NCBI RefSeq assembly: GCF_036971445.1
Contig: NC_091473.1
Coordinates: 227,478,001-227,538,761, forward strand
Direction: 5' to 3'
Length of the DNA stretch: 60,761 nt
Origin: Narcine bancroftii
Taxonomy: Eukaryota
Of the stretch, positions 50,172 through 60,761 are shown one piece after another. The stretch's first letter is position 1. Each line of letters opens with the position of its first letter. The position numbers and the translations under genes were made by a program. The notes under the pieces are model-generated. The model had not been told where the DNA came from, ran no database searches, and saw only the letters and a list, made by a program, of their open reading frames with translations.

Positions 50172-50627
50172 TGTTCAAATGGTGTTCTTGTTACAAGTTT
50201 AAGAGATTTTATGGTTTAATTGATTCAAGATAACACTAATGACAGCACATCACTTAAAATCTGAGACATTGGGGATGTTGTTGCAGTGAGGGAATTGGCC
50301 CATTGAAAGAATGGACCATAAAGCTACTTGGCCAATTTAATGTTTGTCCCTTGGAATCTCTGCACTTCTAATACTGTACTAGAAGTAGTAAAGGGGCAAG
50401 TTTCAAGTGTTCTGTGGCCTTTTTTTGTGTTGTTCGTCTACATTTCTTACATACACACATTAACCTGGCGAAGATGTTCATCAATGATAAGCCTGTAATC
50501 TGTTACCATTACAAAGAAAAAAAGGACACAGCAAGGTTGAATTTCCTCCTGCGGTCTGTCCTTTGTGGTGGTAGACGAGATGGGAAGGACCACTAAAGGC
50601 AGGCACCCCATCCACTGATGTGCCCCC

Positions 50628-50801
50628 TCACTCGGTTTTCTTATCGGGGTTGTCCCTCCATATACAATAGGCAAGAGTCGTGGCAAGAGTCAGCCAAGCA
50701 AGGTAGGGCGCCATAAGTAATGTAGCTGTCCTGTTGATAGGGTACCAGGAAACCACTGTCGCCACCACAGTTCCATACAGACAAAGAATATTGGCCAAAG
50801 C
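50628..50801 (-). CDS. TSPO2: Translocator protein (TspO/MBR family), last coding exon
   Basis: Acceptor gatttcttAG; ALANILCLYGTVVATVVSWYPINRTATLLMAPYLAWLTLATTLAYCIWRDNPDKKTE*; CRAC-type L..Y...R motif; this frame is absent from the ORF track. The symbol TSPO2 rests on synteny only. Confidence 0.92.
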   Translation of the reverse strand, partial: ALANILCLYGTVVATVVSWYPINRTATLLMAPYLAWLTLATTLAYCIWRDNPDKKTE

Positions 50802-51334
50802 CTAAGAAATCAAAACATAGAAAATGAGTGAGGAAGACTCAGAATTACTGAATATAAATTAATTGAATTTTAAAAGCATGGAGATTCTGCTGCAACTATG
50901 TGGGTATTAATGAGCACTGTGTGTAGTTCTGGTCTCCTTTGGGTTGGCACAGACAGTGTAGGAGTTAGCACAAAGTTATTACAGCGTCAATTACCTGGGT
51001 TTAAATCTGGCACCGTCTGTCAGGATTTTGTGCACTCTCCCTTTGTCTGCGTGGGGGGTGGTAGGTGGGGAGCAGGAGTAAGCCCAAGGATAGATTGTCA
51101 CCTGAGACTAAATTTTCTGGAATTTAGAATAGGAAACAATGGGAGCAATTCTTATGGAAACATACAAAATGTTAAAGAAATAGGCAAGATGTTTTCCTCT
51201 GATAAATGAAACTAGAACTAGGGGATACAGCCTCAATATTCAGGGAAGTGGATTTAAGGCAGAGACAAGGAGACTCATAAATCTGTGTAATTCTCTGCCC
51301 AAGGAAGCTGTAGAGGAGGCCTCATTAAATATAT

Positions 51335-51800
51335 TTCAGATTCAGATTTCTTGTCAGAATACATACATAACATCAGACACCCTGAGATTCCTTTTACCTG
51401 CAGGCATGGCAGAATTACCACTAATTGGTAGTCCAAAAAATAAACTGCACACAGCATAAACATGTAGACAAAGAGCTGTAAACAAATAATGAATGTAAAC
51501 AAACTGACTGTGCAATACAGAGAGAACAAAAAGAACATCAATAAAGTGCAGAAGAGTCCTTAAATGAGTCTCTGATTAAGTTTATCATTGAGGAGTCAAA
51601 TTGAGAAGGGGTAACAGCTGTTCCTGAACCTGGTGTGAGTCTTGTGACACCTAGACCTCTTTCCTGATGGCAGCAGTGAGAACAGAGCATGTGCTGGGTG
51701 CTGAGGGTCTTTGATGATTGCACTGCTCTCCGACAGCAGCATTCTCTGTAGATGTACTCAGTGGTGGGGAGGGTTTTGCCTGTGATGTCCTGGACTGTTA
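51335..51800 (-). mobile_element. Rex1/Babar- or L2-like LINE 3' end in a TSPO intron
   Basis: Same family as 4066-4525; TCTGAA tail repeats. Confidence 0.75.
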
Positions 51801-52059
51801 CAATTAGGTTTTTGTTTGCACAGTAGTGGAATTAAGGGCCCACAGGCAACTTGTTGAAAGGTAGAGCAGGTTTTAATGGGCCAGATGACCTACTCTTGCT
51901 CCCTTTCCTTTTGTTGTGATGTACTCAACATTTACCGCATGTTCTTAGAGCCAACATAATCATGATACACTGATCTGGCTCAGCAGAGAACCGAAAATAC
52001 TTTAAGTTTGAAATTCATATCCTCCAATCTATCCATAGCACTACCTACAAAAGAGAAAC

Positions 52060-52560
52060 GCAAAAACTATAGATCCTGGAATCCTGAGTAAACAATGAGA
52101 TGCTGGAGGAACTCAGTGGGTCAGGCAGCATCCGTGGGTAGAAATGGTCAGTCAACATTTCAGGTTGAGGCTCTTTATGAGACAAATGTAAAAAAAAAGG
52201 GTGATATTACATATGTGAAGGTGGAAGAAGCAGGGGAGGAGCCTCGGGGTGTTAGGATATTGGACAGAAGGTGTGAGAGGTGGAGAGACAAGGAGATGGA
52301 AAGACTGCTGGGAAGGGGTGGGGAGTCAGACAGAAAAGAATGAGTAGGTAAAGACGAGAAAGAAATAGTGAACCATGTGGAGGTGGAAGTGATCCAAAAT
52401 TAGAAAAATTCATGTTCATTACATTTAAGGCCGTCCAAGGGAAATATGATACGTTTTTCCTCCACTTTACATTTAGCTCACCCTTACAATGGATGAGGTC
52501 AAGGACAGACATAGCTTTGCAGGAACAGTTGCGAGAATTGAAATGATCGGCTACAGGAAG
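52060..52560 (-). mobile_element. Penelope-like remnant
   Basis: TGCTGGAGGAACTCAG end motif and purine-rich block; reverse of the 49340-type elements. Confidence 0.5.
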
Positions 52561-53015
52561 TCAAAGCTTCGAACCACAAGCAATGCAGAGGAATTCGGCC
52601 ACAAACAGACAGAGGAAATGCTGATTATAGGCTTTATCGATGAGATTAAGGGGGATTTTTTTGAAGCCCTATAATGGAAGTCCTCATCCTCTGAACAGAT
52701 ACTGCAAGGAGAAAGGAATCACGTTATCACAAGATACAATACAGCTAACTGTGGGAGCCAGAAATAAAATGTTAATCATTAATATTGAAGAAAGAAACAT
52801 CAGGATAGTTGAGAAAATTTGAAAGCAGCTGGTTATTTTTTGTAATCTTGCAAGTTGGATAAATTTCCAAAGTAGGTATTTCATTAAAATTAATTGATTA
52901 GGCAGAAAGAATGATATAATCCTCTCAGGGAACAATGTTTTTTCTGTAAAATTTGCAAGACATGGGATATTTAACTTTGCTCATGAATATGTCAAGGATA
53001 TGGAGTGAACCGTGT

Positions 53016-53250
53016 TGGCACGGTTAGCACAACCTTGTTACAGAATCAGCGAATGGGGTTCGAATCCAGTGCTGTCTATAGGAGTCCGTATGACCTCCCT
53101 GTATCTGCGCAAGTTTCCTCCGGGTGATCTGGCTTCCTCCCACCCTTCAAAAGGTACCAGGGTTGTAGGTCAATTAGTTGTAATTGGATGGGGTGGGCTT
53201 GTGGGACAAAAGAGCCTGTCACTGTGCTGTATGTATAATTTTTTTTAAAT
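53016..53250 (+). mobile_element. tRNA-derived SINE
   Basis: TGGCACGGTTAGC A-box and GGTTCGAATCC B-box. Confidence 0.75.
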
Positions 53251-54506
53251 ACAGGCAAATTATATTGGTGCAGGAGGGCGCAAGGATAAGAATGGGTTGA
53301 AGGCTTGCTTCTGCAAGGTATAATTCTACCACTATATAATTCTAGAACTCACTCAGTAATAATTAGTTAAGATACAAATGTAGCAACCATTGATATTATT
53401 TCCTCATATTCTTTGTAGAAATCAATTAACACTACACATCCGGTCTGTTGAGAAATGTCCTGCCTGAGAGTTTGAAAAAGTGGAAGTGATGGATGCTACT
53501 GACAAGATCCTGAACTTGCAACAGTTTGTTTTAAACTGTTACTTGTGTTTCTACTTGAAACAGTTATGGCTCTGAGCTCCCCATCAGGCTATTTTCCTGA
53601 TGCAGAACTGAGACGGTATTCTATAATTGGGGAGCCAGCATCAGAATGTATCACATTGAACATGTCATCAAATTCGTTTTTTTGTAGCAGCATTGGAAAT
53701 GCAAAAATTGCTTTAAATTACATTTTTTTTAAAATAAATAAATTAGTGCAAAAGAAGAGAAAATGTGAGGTAGTGTCTGTGGTTCATTGTCCATTCAGAA
53801 ATTTGATGGCAGAGGGGAAAGAAGCTGTTTTTGTGCCATTGGGTGTTTGTCTGCTTTTGTGCTTCCCGTGCCATTTAATGAAATTAAAGACATTTCCCAA
53901 TGTCTTGCCCAACATTACCTCTTCAACTGATGGCATTTAGAATTTTGCCACTTCTGGTGGCAAAGCACAATGAACGTTCCACTTAAAGCATTAGAGAGCA
54001 GCGCAGAATGATGCCAGGGCTAAAAACATGATATGAAAAAAAAAACACAGCTTGATATTATTGAGGTATTCACAATAACCGAAGGATCTGGTAAGAGACC
54101 GAGGAAGTATTTGCCCTCAGTGGGGGTATCGAGAGCAAGAATGTATTATCTTAGAATCAGATTTAATTGTAGGCTGTTCTAGGAGAGGGTTGAAGAAAAT
54201 GTCAAAAAGGAATTAGGCTCCATGGCCCATCGCCTGATGCAAGCTCATTATTTTTCTTTTATTACTAATCTTTCTCCAAATTTTGGGCAAAACTGAATTA
54301 ACCCACAGAAACACCATGGGCAGCACACTGACAAAAGGTGACACCTGGATAATCTAATGGCAGTACTGGACTAAGAGTTGGTTGGATTGTGGCAATGACA
54401 ACAGTATGTGAACACGTTAAGTGATAATAGCCCTTGTAACAGAAGAGACGAACGTGAATGAGAGCACCTTTACAAGAAGATGGGAAAAAAAGACACCAAT
54501 GCATAC

Positions 54507-54645
54507 CAGGTCTAGTCTGTGTGCCCCAAAAAATACTGGAGTCCAGGTCCAATTTAGAGCCAGTTGGGTCCCATACAGCCCCAGAGGGACAAGTGCTTCA
54601 CTTGTGAAACCTCCAACGTCTTTCCACACTAAGTAGGAGCCATAA
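54507..54645 (-). CDS. TSPO2: Translocator protein (TspO/MBR family), middle coding exon
   Basis: 139 nt; acceptor ttttcccAG and donor CTG|GTATGC; [35 protein letters not shown] (WxPxF motif). Confidence 0.94.
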
Positions 54646-55747
54646 CTGGGAAAACACAAAGTGACAATTTAGCAGCTTCTTGCAAAATCACTTCAGCAAG
54701 AAAAAATAATTGGGATTCAATATATTGATGAAACCACCCATCAGCATCCTTGCCTGCAGCTAGGATTTTATTTCACATACAAACGTCTGTACACACAAGA
54801 CTCCATTCCCATCACACCTCCTTGTTTGAAGCCGGAGAGTGATGCATTTACCTCATTCATTAATGCTTGCTTTCATTCCATGTCTGGCACATACGATGCA
54901 AATTTTTTTTTTTAAAAGCAGCAGCTTGTGATTGGCTTTGCAATTTATATGCACTCCTGGTTACGGACAGGGGAAAGTCTTATAATCCTCAACTGGCACA
55001 CACTAAGCACAACACATTCAATCCTTTCCTCATACATTAATCTTAACATGACCAACATCCCATTTCTTCCTCTTTGTCCTCTTTTACTCTTTAATTTCTT
55101 TTCATTATGATCTCACATGTCAGCTCCCTCTAATAATGCTGTATTCTATCTTTTATTTTTAAATCCTGGTGAGCCCAGATTTTATATCAACTAACATAAA
55201 AGAGTAATAATTTCATTTAAGTCTGATTTTTCCATAAGCACTGATAAAATGCAACCCCAGCACAGTTACAAGAAGCAAAATCTAATCACATTCATTCCAG
55301 TTACATTACTTTTCGTTTGCTCTAATCCGAACAACTGAAATGCTAAGGGTAAACCTACCCTGGACTAGGTAGTGAAATTACAATATTAACCCAATAATTT
55401 GGGGGACCACAGTTCACAGAAAGTTAAAAGCAGCAACCAAATAAAACATGGTTAGCACAACACTATAACAACTCCAGCTAGGTTCATCCAACGCTGACTA
55501 AAAGGAATTTATAGTTCTCCTTGTGACCGCGTGGGTTTCTTCAGTGTATTCACATGTTCTAAAGATGCAAAGGGTTAGTAGTTTTAATTGGTAATGTGGG
55601 TGTATTTGGGTGGTGCTGGCTTGTGGGCCGGAAAGGCATGTTACTATCTTATATCTCCATCAACAAATCAATTTACCAGGGAAGTGCATAATATTCTACA
55701 TGGCTCACATTTTATTTTTACAATGAATTCTATAGAACTGCACTTAC

Positions 55748-55929
55748 CCCATTCCAGTGTACAGTGCAGTCCATGCTAGAGGGAACATCTTGTTAGGAGG
55801 GCGCCATGCCGGTTTTTTCAGGTTCTCATACCATGTATGGACATGTGACCTTGTAAAGTACCATCCAAAAAATCCTCCAACGTGAGGAAATGTGGCAAAT
55901 CCAGCAATCTGGGCCCATACAGGTGCCAT
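55748..55929 (-). CDS. TSPO2: Translocator protein (TspO/MBR family), first coding exon
   Basis: 182 coding nt; MAPVWAQIAGFATFPHVGG..WYENLKKPAWRPP..WTALYTGMG; donor GG|GTAAGT; an acceptor 3 nt before the ATG implies an upstream non-coding exon; total 495 nt = 164 aa. Confidence 0.94.
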
Positions 55930-56032
55930 GCTCTGCAAAATCACACACAAAAAAAACAAATCTTCAGTTTCCCTGAGTCAAATAGAGTAAGATGTTTGAG
56001 TGTTGATCTCAAAATATTGTGAGCAAGGTGTA

Positions 56033-56035
<3 letters not shown>

Positions 56036-56112
<77 letters not shown>
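56036..56112. repeat. (AG)n microsatellite, ~38 units
   Basis: Read directly from the sequence. Confidence 0.97.
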
Positions 56113-56115
<3 letters not shown>

Positions 56116-59099
56116 TATAATCGAAAAAGGCCAGTCTGCCCAATTGAGGATTAAAATGCTTCTCACAAAGGCCCATAAAGCTGCACTTAATTGTTATATA
56201 TTTCTTCGCCAAAGTACCTTCCACCACAGATAAAAATGAAGCAATTTACTTGAATAACTTTTTTTCCCCCTCTGTGCCTTTTACACAAGGACCTACAGCT
56301 TGATGTAGGAAGAACCATAAAATAATTAATATCCAGAACATCATGAGAACTCTTCTCAGTTACCATTGGGCAGAAGGTACAGAAGCCCTGAAGACCAGGA
56401 GATCCACATTTTTAAGAATAGGTTCTTTCCAATGGCTATCAGGCTCTTGAACCTCCCCCTGTTACACTAATCATAGACTGCTCAGACTGTAATGTCCACG
56501 TTTTTTCCTTGCTTTATGGTAACTGAATATTTTCAACCTATATTTTATATTTATTATCTCTTTTTAATTTAATACACTGTCATTTTTTTTAAATTCAGCT
56601 GCAGCAAGAATTTTGGTGAATTTATACATCGTACAATGTATGTGACAATAATCTTATTATTAGAATAACGCAGCACAAGAACAGGACATTTGGCCCATGA
56701 CAAATTATACAGAGAACAATAACGAATTAAACTAAATATCTGATACATATTCCTCTCTTTCATGTATACATTTAGAAGTCTCTTCAACACGATTATTGTG
56801 CCAGCTTCCACCACTGTCCCTGGCAGCCCATTCCAGGCACAATAAAACACAAAAGTATACAGATGCCTCGAGACCTGCTGAGTTCCTCCAACATTTCTGT
56901 GCATCTTGACCTGCTGTGTGCAGTATTTGATTAGTCAGGGCATCAAGAGTTACAGGTAGAAGGCCAGGGAGTGGGACTGAGTGGGTGGATGGATCAATCA
57001 GCTCATGATTAGAATGGTGGAGCAGATTTCATAAACCTAGTACTCCTCCTATATCTTGCGATCTTTAATAGAGAAAAAAAGTTGAAGTTACAAATTAACT
57101 ATCATTTCCATGGACCCATTCGCAACTTCAGGAAGATGCAAAGCATTTTTGTATGTGTGGCCACCAATTTTACACAGCAAGTTCCCACAAAGAAACAGAA
57201 ATAACTTAGCTCGTCTATGACCTTGATGCCTCTCTGCATCCACATTGCATCACTATTCACATTCCCATGTGAACCAAAAACAGTAACCCGCTGGAGGAAC
57301 TCAATGGGTTGGGCTACATTTAGGGATGCAGGGTCTCGACCCAAAATGTTGGTCATTCCTTTTCCCTTATAGATGCCTCAAACTCGCTGAGTTCCTCCAG
57401 CAGTTTGGGGGTCTGCTCCAGATTCTTACATCTAGTGTCTCAAACATAATATAAAGTTTCCCAAAGAAAATATTTTAAAAAGTTAAACTATTTTTAAAAG
57501 TAGACTGGGCTCTTAGGAATTCTTTAAATTGCTTAATTTGTTCAAGTGAAATAAGTACTAAACATAAAATTCTACTAATAACTGCTATAAGTGAATCTGA
57601 TTGCAGGTAAGCAATAGTAGCCTTTCTTTGTAAATGCATGGTTGTGAAGGAAATCTTGGGTCTGTCCAGAGATGGTTGGCAGAAATCCACAATTTATGCT
57701 CCATTCTGTGCAATCCAATGGCAAAATGATCAGTTCAATTCACTGTGTGCTGAGTAATTAATTAATTGCCAAAACCTTTGACAAGTAATAATTACAGCAG
57801 GTCTTGTGTTATTCCAAACAACCATTAAATGGGACTAAAACCACTAACGGTAAAGTTTTTTGTTGTTGTGTCCAAATTTTAAAGTAGCAATCGATAACCA
57901 GAAATTGTTAAAGCTGCAGAGAGATGCATAGGGAAAATGGTCAAGCTGCAAAGAATTAAGCCTGTGCAAAAGTTTTTAAACCAGTGTATTTAGTCAAACA
58001 ATTGTTGCTAGTTCTCCAAGTATGAATATTTACTGTATGTTTTTCTGTACTTTACAAAATTAACAGTATAATGTCAAAGCCAACTGTAGGCATTTGTAGG
58101 AGCCAAATAAAAAGCACATCAGGCTCTTACAAAGTTTATATGTAAATTTTAATTTGGGTTTTAGTACAGTGTTCTAAATATGGCTGTCAATGTTAGAAAT
58201 TTATACTGCAATACGAAAGGCGTGTACTGTTGCAAAGCTTGTAAAGCAGCATTGATGATTTGGTGAAGTTGGATTTAATTTCTAATAGATTCATGTCAAA
58301 TTAATTAAACATATAAAATTTTATCATTAAAAAACATTTTGTTTATTGTTGAACTGTTTTCAAAATGGTCTTTGAAAGCTGGGAGTACCGAGAGTTATTC
58401 GGTGTGCAAACTCCTTCAGTCAGAAGTATGTTAGTCTGCACCTCTGTTGGGAAAAAAAACTATTCACATTCCCACTTTCATCTCAGTTCTCAACAAATCT
58501 GGTGCATTCAACCTTCCTGTAGTTAGCAAAATCACCTACTTAACAAACCTTTGCTACAATATAGTTTAATTTGTCACCCAACCAAAAGAGAACACATTTT
58601 CAGATAATCTTTCAAAGTAATATTACAATCTTTCTGATAGCAAGAGTGCCGAGCACCTATTGTCTTCTACCTGGCAAATATGGCCATTCCATTAATGACT
58701 TGAAAATCTCAGCATGTCAAAACACTATAATTTTACATCCTTAGGCTACCAAGCTTATTTTTCTCACTGTCTATTAATAAGTAGTATGCCCCACACAAAA
58801 GGCTTTATACACATTTGCATAGTGAAGAGCTCTTGAGAAACCTAAAACCTTTGTTAACTGGGAGAGAGGTGTACAATCCAGCACTGAAGAGGAAATCCCA
58901 GACAGACACTGGGAACCCACCAGTCACAGCATGCCAAACTGAAGTCACATTTATGCCTAATCTTTGTTTGCTCGTGGTTAATCAACTAATATTGCAATCT
59001 TTCATATTATTTACAATTCTTTTTTCCAATTGTGGGTGCCTGGATGGTGGTGAAAGCTATTACAGTAGCAAAATTCAAGAATCTCAGATAGACACATGA

Positions 59100-60315
59100 A
59101 TACAGAACATTACAGCAGTGTACATGCCCTTTAGTCCATCATGTTATGCCAATCAACCCCCCAAACCCCAAAACATCTAAACTATTCCTACCTCATAATC
59201 CTCCATTTTTCTTTCGTCCATGGGCCTGTCTCTCTTAAAAGCCCCTATCGTTCCAGCCTTCACCACCACCCCTGGCAATGCATTCCAGGCACCCACAACT
59301 CTGTATAAAAAGACAGTCTTCCCTAAATTTTCCCCCCTTCACTTTGTACAGATATCCTCTGGTGTTTGCTGCTCCCACCCTAGGATCAAGGTGTTGGCTG
59401 TCTACTTATCTATGCCTCTCATAATCTTGCAGACCCCTATTTAGTCACCTCTTATCCTATTTCTTCTTCTTTCTTTCTTTGGCTTGGCTTCGCGGACGAA
59501 GATTTATGGAGGGGGTAAAAAGTCCACGTCAGCTGCAGGCTCATTTGTGGCTGACAAGTCCGATGCGGGACAGGCAGACACGATTGCAGCGGTTGCAAGG
59601 GAAAATTTGTTGGTTGGGGTTGGGTGTTGGGTTTTTCCTCCTTTGCCTTTTGTCAGTGAGGTGGGCTCTGCAGTCTTCTTCAAAGGAGGTTGCTGCCCGC
59701 CAAACTGTGAGGCGCCAAGATGCACGGTTTGAGGCGTTATCAGCCCACTGGCGGTGGTCAATGTGGCAGGCACCAAGAGATTTCTTTAGGCAGTCCTTGT
59801 ACCTTTTCTTTGGTGTACCTCTGTCACGGTGGCCAGTGGAGAGCTCGCCATATAACACGATCTTGGGAAGGCGATGGTCCTCCATTCTGGAGACGTGACC
59901 CATCCAGCGCAGCTGGATCTTCAGCAGCGTGGACTCGATGCTGTCGACCTCTGCCATCTCGAGTACTTCGACGTTAGGGGTATAAGCGCTCCAATGGATG
60001 TTGAGGATGGAGCGGAGACAACGCTGGTGGAAGCATTCTAGGAGCCGTAGGTGGTGCCGGTAGAGGACCCATGATTCGGAGCCGAACAGGAGTGTGGGTA
60101 TGACAACGGCTCTGTATACGCTTATCTTATCCTATACTCCAAAAAGAAAAGCCCTTGTTCTGCTAATCCTATCTCACAAGACACATTTCCCAATCCAGGC
60201 AACATCCTGGTAAATCTCCACTACACCTTCCCCATAGCTTCTGCATCCTTCCTGTAATGAGGTGACCAGAATGGAACACAATATTCTAACTGTGGTCTCA
60301 CCAGAGATTTATAGA
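59100..60315 (-). mobile_element. Decayed CR1 3' fragment split by an RTE insertion
   Basis: CR1-like sequence on both sides of the RTE TSD. Confidence 0.7.
59461..60124 (-). mobile_element. Young 5'-truncated RTE-clade LINE
   Basis: Long open frame ..QLRWMGHVSRMEDHRLPKIVLYGEL..CNRCNRVCLSRIGLVSH; (AAG/AAAG)n tail; 11-bp TSD TCTTATCCTAT (59450-59460 / 60125-60135). Confidence 0.92.
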
Positions 60316-60761
60316 GGTCCATGTAAGAAAACTAGGGAAGGATTAGATTGTTGTTGAGTAGGTTTACATGGGTCGGCACCACATCGTGGGCTGAAGAGCC
60401 TGTACTATGTTGTGATGGGTTTACGTTCTTGCCTTCAGATAAGGCAAACACACCCACCCCCGTTACTCGTAAACCCAGTTGCATCTGCTCAGCCATATTG
60501 TTATTTTTATTAGCGAGTTGAAACCATATTCTTTATTATAGGTTCCAAATTGCCAAAGCCAGATTAGTTTTCCTTATTTTATTATTCCAGCCTTTCTTAA
60601 ATACTGTGGCCACATGGCAATTCCAAAACCTGCAGCATTTTGCAAGTAGATAACCAGACCAGCCACCATCTCCAGAGCCACCCCCCTGAACTTCTCCCAC
60701 AGTACTTTTGATTGGTAACACTTTGCTCGTTGACAGCGGACCCAGCATTTCTTGGAGTGCA

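Noticed and set aside
55978-56233. ORFs with poly(SL) or poly(ER)
   Set aside because: They are translations of the (AG)n microsatellite.
60536-60761. Minus-strand ORF as an upstream TSPO or neighbouring-gene exon
   Set aside because: The frames read VALEMVAGLVIYLQN and VATVFKKG, which is a degenerate CR1 ORF2 segment.

Overview
Repeat-rich vertebrate genomic DNA, probably from a cartilaginous fish (shark or ray). That assignment is inferred from the mix of CR1, Rex1/Babar, Penelope and tRNA-SINE repeats, not from a database match. Two intact spliced genes lie on the minus strand: APOBEC2 (2 coding exons, 19798-19686 and 16810-16276, 215 aa) and a TSPO-family translocator gene (3 coding exons, 55929-55748, 54645-54507 and 50801-50628, 164 aa). 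Their arrangement is the TSPO2-APOBEC2 order known from amniotes. Most other ORFs in the track are transposon remnants or noise. These include a decayed Gypsy LTR element carrying three nested insertions, solo LTRs, CR1/Rex1/RTE/L1/Penelope fragments, hAT and Tc1 MITEs with clean target-site duplications (TSDs), and Chapaev-like pieces. The most unusual object is an ORF1-only L1-type element (37157 to ~39670). Its in-frame stops and several motif changes fit sense-strand C-to-T change, and ORF1 can be spliced in frame to an 88-codon, almost C-free acidic/basic exon where ORF2 would normally be.
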